Part shown: positions 60,681 through 64,000 of the stretch, one piece after another
Layout: the number at the start of each line of letters is the position of its first letter
Position numbering within the stretch: the first letter of the stretch is position 1
Position numbers and translations under genes: made by a program
The notes under the pieces: model-generated
Seen by the model: the letters and a program-made list of their open reading frames with translations, nothing else
What the model was told of the DNA's origin: nothing
Databases searched by the model: none
Source of the DNA: Gemmatimonadota bacterium
GTDB taxonomy: Bacteria > Gemmatimonadota > Gemmatimonadetes > Palauibacterales > Palauibacteraceae
Assembly (NCBI GenBank): GCA_046758745.1
Contig: JBHIAV010000008.1
Span: forward strand, 1 to 64,000
Direction: 5' to 3'
Length of the DNA: 64,000 nucleotides

Positions 60681-62252
60681 TCAGGCTCCGCGCTCCAGCC
60701 GCACGGCTACCTCGCGCCCTCGGATCATCGCGCCGTTCAGCTTCCGAATCACCTCGTCGACGACCTGAGAGTCGATGTCGACCAGAGAGAAGCTTCCGCG
60801 TATCTCGATCTTGCCGATCTGAGCCCCGACGAGACCCGCCTCCCCGGTGATCGCTCCCACCAGATCCGCGGGCCGCACGGAGTCTCTCTTGCCGGAGGCG
60901 ATGTGTATCCGGGTCCAGGCCGGACGCACCCCTCGCTCCGGCCGGCGGGCCGGCGAGGGGGCAACACCAAGGCCTGAGGCGGCCTCGACGTCGGCCCACG
61001 GGCGCACGGGACTCGCGGCTTCCTCGCGCCGGCGAAGAAGAGCCGACAGCGCCGCGGCCACCCGATCGGAGCCGAACTCCGATAGGAGCGGCTCGAGCAC
61101 GAGCAGCTCGGCCGATGCGCTCTCGCGCTCGATCTGGCCACGAACGCGGCGGCGAAAGTGGAGGATCGCCTCGAACGCGTCGTCGGGAGCGAAACCGGAG
61201 CAGGGCTGAAGGGTCCAGCCGGCCCGTCGCGCCATTAGCTCAAGCTGTCGGACGTGTAGGGACGGGAGGATCACGCACAGCCTCTTCGCTCCCTCCCAGG
61301 CGCGGCGCACTTCCTCGAGGCTGAGCGGGAGCCCGTACAGGATGGTCGCCTCGGCTCGATCTCCGACCCCCGCCGTCACGGTACGCTCGCCCGTCAGGCT
61401 GGCGGAACTCCCCCGGGTCTCGAGAGCGACCGCCACCCGCCTCGCAGTCTTCCCGTCCATGCAGTGCACGAGGACAGCGTCCGCATCACCGGGGGCCATC
61501 TCGTGCACCATGCCGTCCAGGAGGTCGAGGCGGCCGGCCTCGCTCACCGCACTGCCATACAAGACGGTGGGCGGCTCGGTTCGGGTCGAGCCCGCCCCGC
61601 TCCCCCCCTCGTCCTCCCGGTCGTGCTTGAAAAGCTCCGTGGGCCAGCGGCGCGCCCGGTGGAGCCGTCGCACGAGGAGCTCTTCCAGTCGTTCGTCGAC
61701 GCGGTCCGACACGACGATCTTCTGCGCGTCCGCCGGGAGCGTGTCGAGGAGCGCCTCGACGGAGGCCCACTGCTCCAGAGCCGCGATGTCCGCGACGCCG
61801 TCCACGATGAGGAGCCTGAGGCTTGCCAGGCCGAGTCGCCCGGCCCGGACCTCGGATAGGATGACCACCGGTCGGCCGGCGATGCAGTGCGGGGGTTTTC
61901 CGCCCGCCGCCGTCTCGACACTCCGCTCCGCTCCTTCCGACTGGGCGAGGGCGCGGAGGTCACGCGGCAAGCCCAACTCCCGCGCGGCCACGGCAGCGCG
62001 ACACGCCGTCTCCCGGGTGGGCGCGAGCACCAGCGCCTGCACGGCATCGATCGCGGGGTCACACCGCTCCCCGATCGCGATGCCGTACAGCGTCTCCTTG
62101 CCCGAGCCTTCAGCCGCGATCGCCGCCACGTGATGGCCTCTGCGGACGGCCGTCAGGAGGGCCTCGACGATCTCGGGCGTGTGGGGAAAGCCGAGACGTC
62201 GGAGCGCGCTTGCCTGCTCCTCCGAAAGGGCCTGCTGTTCCGCGGTCTGCAT
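60681..62252 (-). CDS. Degenerate DEAD-box helicase-like protein with C-terminal DbpA RNA-binding domain
   Basis: LGF..TP, GSGK, QALVLAPTRE and a clear DbpA domain (GKRDSVRPADLVGAITGEAG...IGKIEI...FSLV). Motif II reads DGVA. Start uncertain (62252, 62270 or 62285). Confidence 0.8.
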   Translation of the reverse strand: MQTAEQQALSEEQASALRRLGFPHTPEIVEALLTAVRRGHHVAAIAAEGSGKETLYGIAIGERCDPAIDAVQALVLAPTRETACRAAVAARELGLPRDLRALAQSEGAERSVETAAGGKPPHCIAGRPVVILSEVRAGRLGLASLRLLIVDGVADIAALEQWASVEALLDTLPADAQKIVVSDRVDERLEELLVRRLHRARRWPTELFKHDREDEGGSGAGSTRTEPPTVLYGSAVSEAGRLDLLDGMVHEMAPGDADAVLVHCMDGKTARRVAVALETRGSSASLTGERTVTAGVGDRAEATILYGLPLSLEEVRRAWEGAKRLCVILPSLHVRQLELMARRAGWTLQPCSGFAPDDAFEAILHFRRRVRGQIERESASAELLVLEPLLSEFGSDRVAAALSALLRRREEAASPVRPWADVEAASGLGVAPSPARRPERGVRPAWTRIHIASGKRDSVRPADLVGAITGEAGLVGAQIGKIEIRGSFSLVDIDSQVVDEVIRKLNGAMIRGREVAVRLERGA

Positions 62253-62289
62253 GCTCGAGTCCTCGTCCATTCGGGATCCGGCCATCGAG

Positions 62290-62319
62290 TTGACGCCCTC
62301 GCCTCCCAGCGTCTAACCT
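62290..62319 (+). promoter_or_regulatory. Sigma70-type promoter for the amino-acid symporter
   Basis: TTGACG-18 nt-TAACCT, 45 nt before ATG 62365. Confidence 0.55.
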
Positions 62320-62364
62320 GTGCGCTTCACTGCCTTCCAGAACCCCCTCACCGGGCGGACGATC

Positions 62365-63807
62365 ATGACGCTGATTCACGCTGCGCTGGCGCTCGCCCAG
62401 GAAACCGGTTCGAGAGGAGCCATGGAGCTCCTCGCGAGAGTCCAGTCCGCAGTGTGGGGCACTCCGCTGATCGTCCTGCTCGTCGGCACCGGGCTATATC
62501 TAACCCTCCTGCTTCGGGGGCTGCAATTCCGGCGTCTCGGCCGCTCCCTGGTTCTGGCGTTCATCAAGCGGCGGGAGGAAAGCGCCGAGGGAGACATCTC
62601 CCACTTCCAGGCGCTGATGACCGCCCTCGCCGCGACGGTGGGGACGGGCAACATCGTGGGCGTGGCCACGGCGATCGCATCGGGCGGGCCGGGGGCGCTC
62701 TTCTGGATGTGGGTCACCGGCCTGGTCGGGATGGCCACCAAGTACTCCGAGGCGGTGCTCGGCGTCCGCTTCCGCGAGACGGATGCTCGGGGGGAGAAGT
62801 CAGGTGGCCCGATGTACTACCTCGAGAACGGGATTCGGTGGGGCCGACTCGGCCGGGCGCTCGCTCTCGCCTTCGCTCTCTTCGCCGCTCTGGCCGCCTT
62901 CGGGATCGGCAACGGGGTCCAGTCCCAGGCCGTGGCCTCCGCCATCCACCGCTCGTTCGGCGTGCCGCAGGGGATCGTGGGGTTGGTGACGGCGTCGCTC
63001 GCCGCTTTCGTGATCCTGGGCGGCATCAGGTCGATCGGCCGCTTCACGGCCATCTTCGTCCCGCTCATGATCGCGCTGTACATGGGTGGGGCCGGTCTCA
63101 TCATCCTCCTCAACCTGGACGGCGTCCCGGAGGCGTTCCGGCTGGTGTTCAAAGGCGCGTTCACAAGCTCCGCGGTCGGTGGCGGCGCGCTCGGCTACAC
63201 GGTCGCACAGGCGATCCGATTCGGGGTGGCGCGCGGCGTCTTCTCGAACGAGTCGGGGCTCGGGACGGGCGGCATCGCCGCGGCGGCCGCCCAGACGAAG
63301 GAGCCCGTCCGCCAGGCGCTCATCTCGATGACCCAGACCTTCATCGACACCATCGTGGTGTGCAGCTTCACCGGGATCGCGATCCTCAGCACGGGCGCGT
63401 GGGAGAGCGGCCTGGATGGGGCGAACCTCACCCAGCTCGCGTTTCACACCGGTCTCCCCGGCGAATACGGCGGGTGGATCGTGGCGATCAGCCTCTCCTT
63501 CTTCGCGTTCAGCACGATGCTGGGGTGGTCGTACTACGGGGAGCGCAACCTCGAGTACCTGGTGGGCGTGCGCGCGATCCTCCCCTACCGCCTCCTCTTC
63601 GTCGCCGTCATCGCGGTCGCCGCCGTGGCCAGGCTCGACGTGGTGTGGCTCGTCTCCGACACGATGAACGGCCTTATGGCGTTCCCCAACCTGGTCGGGC
63701 TGCTGCTACTGTCGGGAATCGTGCTCCGCGAGACGCGAGCCTACTTCGCCAAGTACGTGACGGAGAGCTCGGCCGAAGAGCAGCGGCTCCCGATGCGCCG
63801 GCTCTGA
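62365..63807 (+). CDS. Alanine/glycine:cation symporter (AGCS family)
   Basis: Motifs [43 protein letters not shown] and FIDTIVVC. Confidence 0.93.
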   Translation: MTLIHAALALAQETGSRGAMELLARVQSAVWGTPLIVLLVGTGLYLTLLLRGLQFRRLGRSLVLAFIKRREESAEGDISHFQALMTALAATVGTGNIVGVATAIASGGPGALFWMWVTGLVGMATKYSEAVLGVRFRETDARGEKSGGPMYYLENGIRWGRLGRALALAFALFAALAAFGIGNGVQSQAVASAIHRSFGVPQGIVGLVTASLAAFVILGGIRSIGRFTAIFVPLMIALYMGGAGLIILLNLDGVPEAFRLVFKGAFTSSAVGGGALGYTVAQAIRFGVARGVFSNESGLGTGGIAAAAAQTKEPVRQALISMTQTFIDTIVVCSFTGIAILSTGAWESGLDGANLTQLAFHTGLPGEYGGWIVAISLSFFAFSTMLGWSYYGERNLEYLVGVRAILPYRLLFVAVIAVAAVARLDVVWLVSDTMNGLMAFPNLVGLLLLSGIVLRETRAYFAKYVTESSAEEQRLPMRRL

Positions 63808-63875
63808 GCACCCGGCACGCGGCGCGCCTCGGTTACGCGGGCCGAGAAGGCGGGTCCCGGCCGGATCGAACGCCG

Positions 63876-64000
63876 TCAGCCCCGGAAGCGACGATAGTGG
63901 CCGAGGTCGTACGCGCGGATCGAGAGGATCTCTCGCGGCCGCATCCCCAGCTCCTCGAGGGTGATGGACTCGTCCGGTATTCGCTGCTCCGCGTACTCGA
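63876..64000 (-). CDS. 3' end of a hypothetical protein (partial)
   Basis: ...EYAEQRIPDESITLEELGMRPREILSIRAYDLGHYRRFRG* with coding-like codons. The pattern is loosely ubiquitin/YukD-like. Confidence 0.55.
   Translation of the reverse strand, partial: EYAEQRIPDESITLEELGMRPREILSIRAYDLGHYRRFRG

Noticed and set aside
62286-62364. Glycine riboswitch ahead of the AGCS symporter
   Set aside because: The leader after the promoter candidate is only about 40 nt and lacks the aptamer motifs.

Overview
High-GC (roughly 70% by eye), gene-dense core-chromosome segment of a diderm, LPS-producing bacterium. Gene styles suggest Gemmatimonadota (inference only). About 58 genes are present, including fumC, a Gld-like ABC system with a DUF4340 partner, DPP-IV, queE, acs, leuS, waaA, a uvrA-family gene, gyrA, dsbA-VKOR, a sigma-70 factor, a full ccmABCDEFGH operon, apgM, copA, pspA, mtgA, HU and an alanine/glycine symporter. 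I found no tRNA, rRNA, CRISPR array, integrase or transposase. The strongest hidden signal is an AhpD-like peroxidase that the ORF track splits in two. It is one reading frame with an in-frame UGA exactly at the second Cys of the CxxC motif (C-H-Y-U), followed by a SECIS-like hairpin, so it is a probable selenoprotein. Other oddities are a PAS-GAF-PAS-receiver protein with no kinase core, a DEAD-box protein with destroyed ATPase motifs but an intact DbpA domain, a collapsed relic of a Ser/Thr kinase gene, a GNRA-capped candidate RNA switch ahead of a trans-sulfuration gene, a truncated and doubly frameshifted K+ channel gene, a CsoR-like operator away from copA, probable leaderless genes and a possible CUG start.
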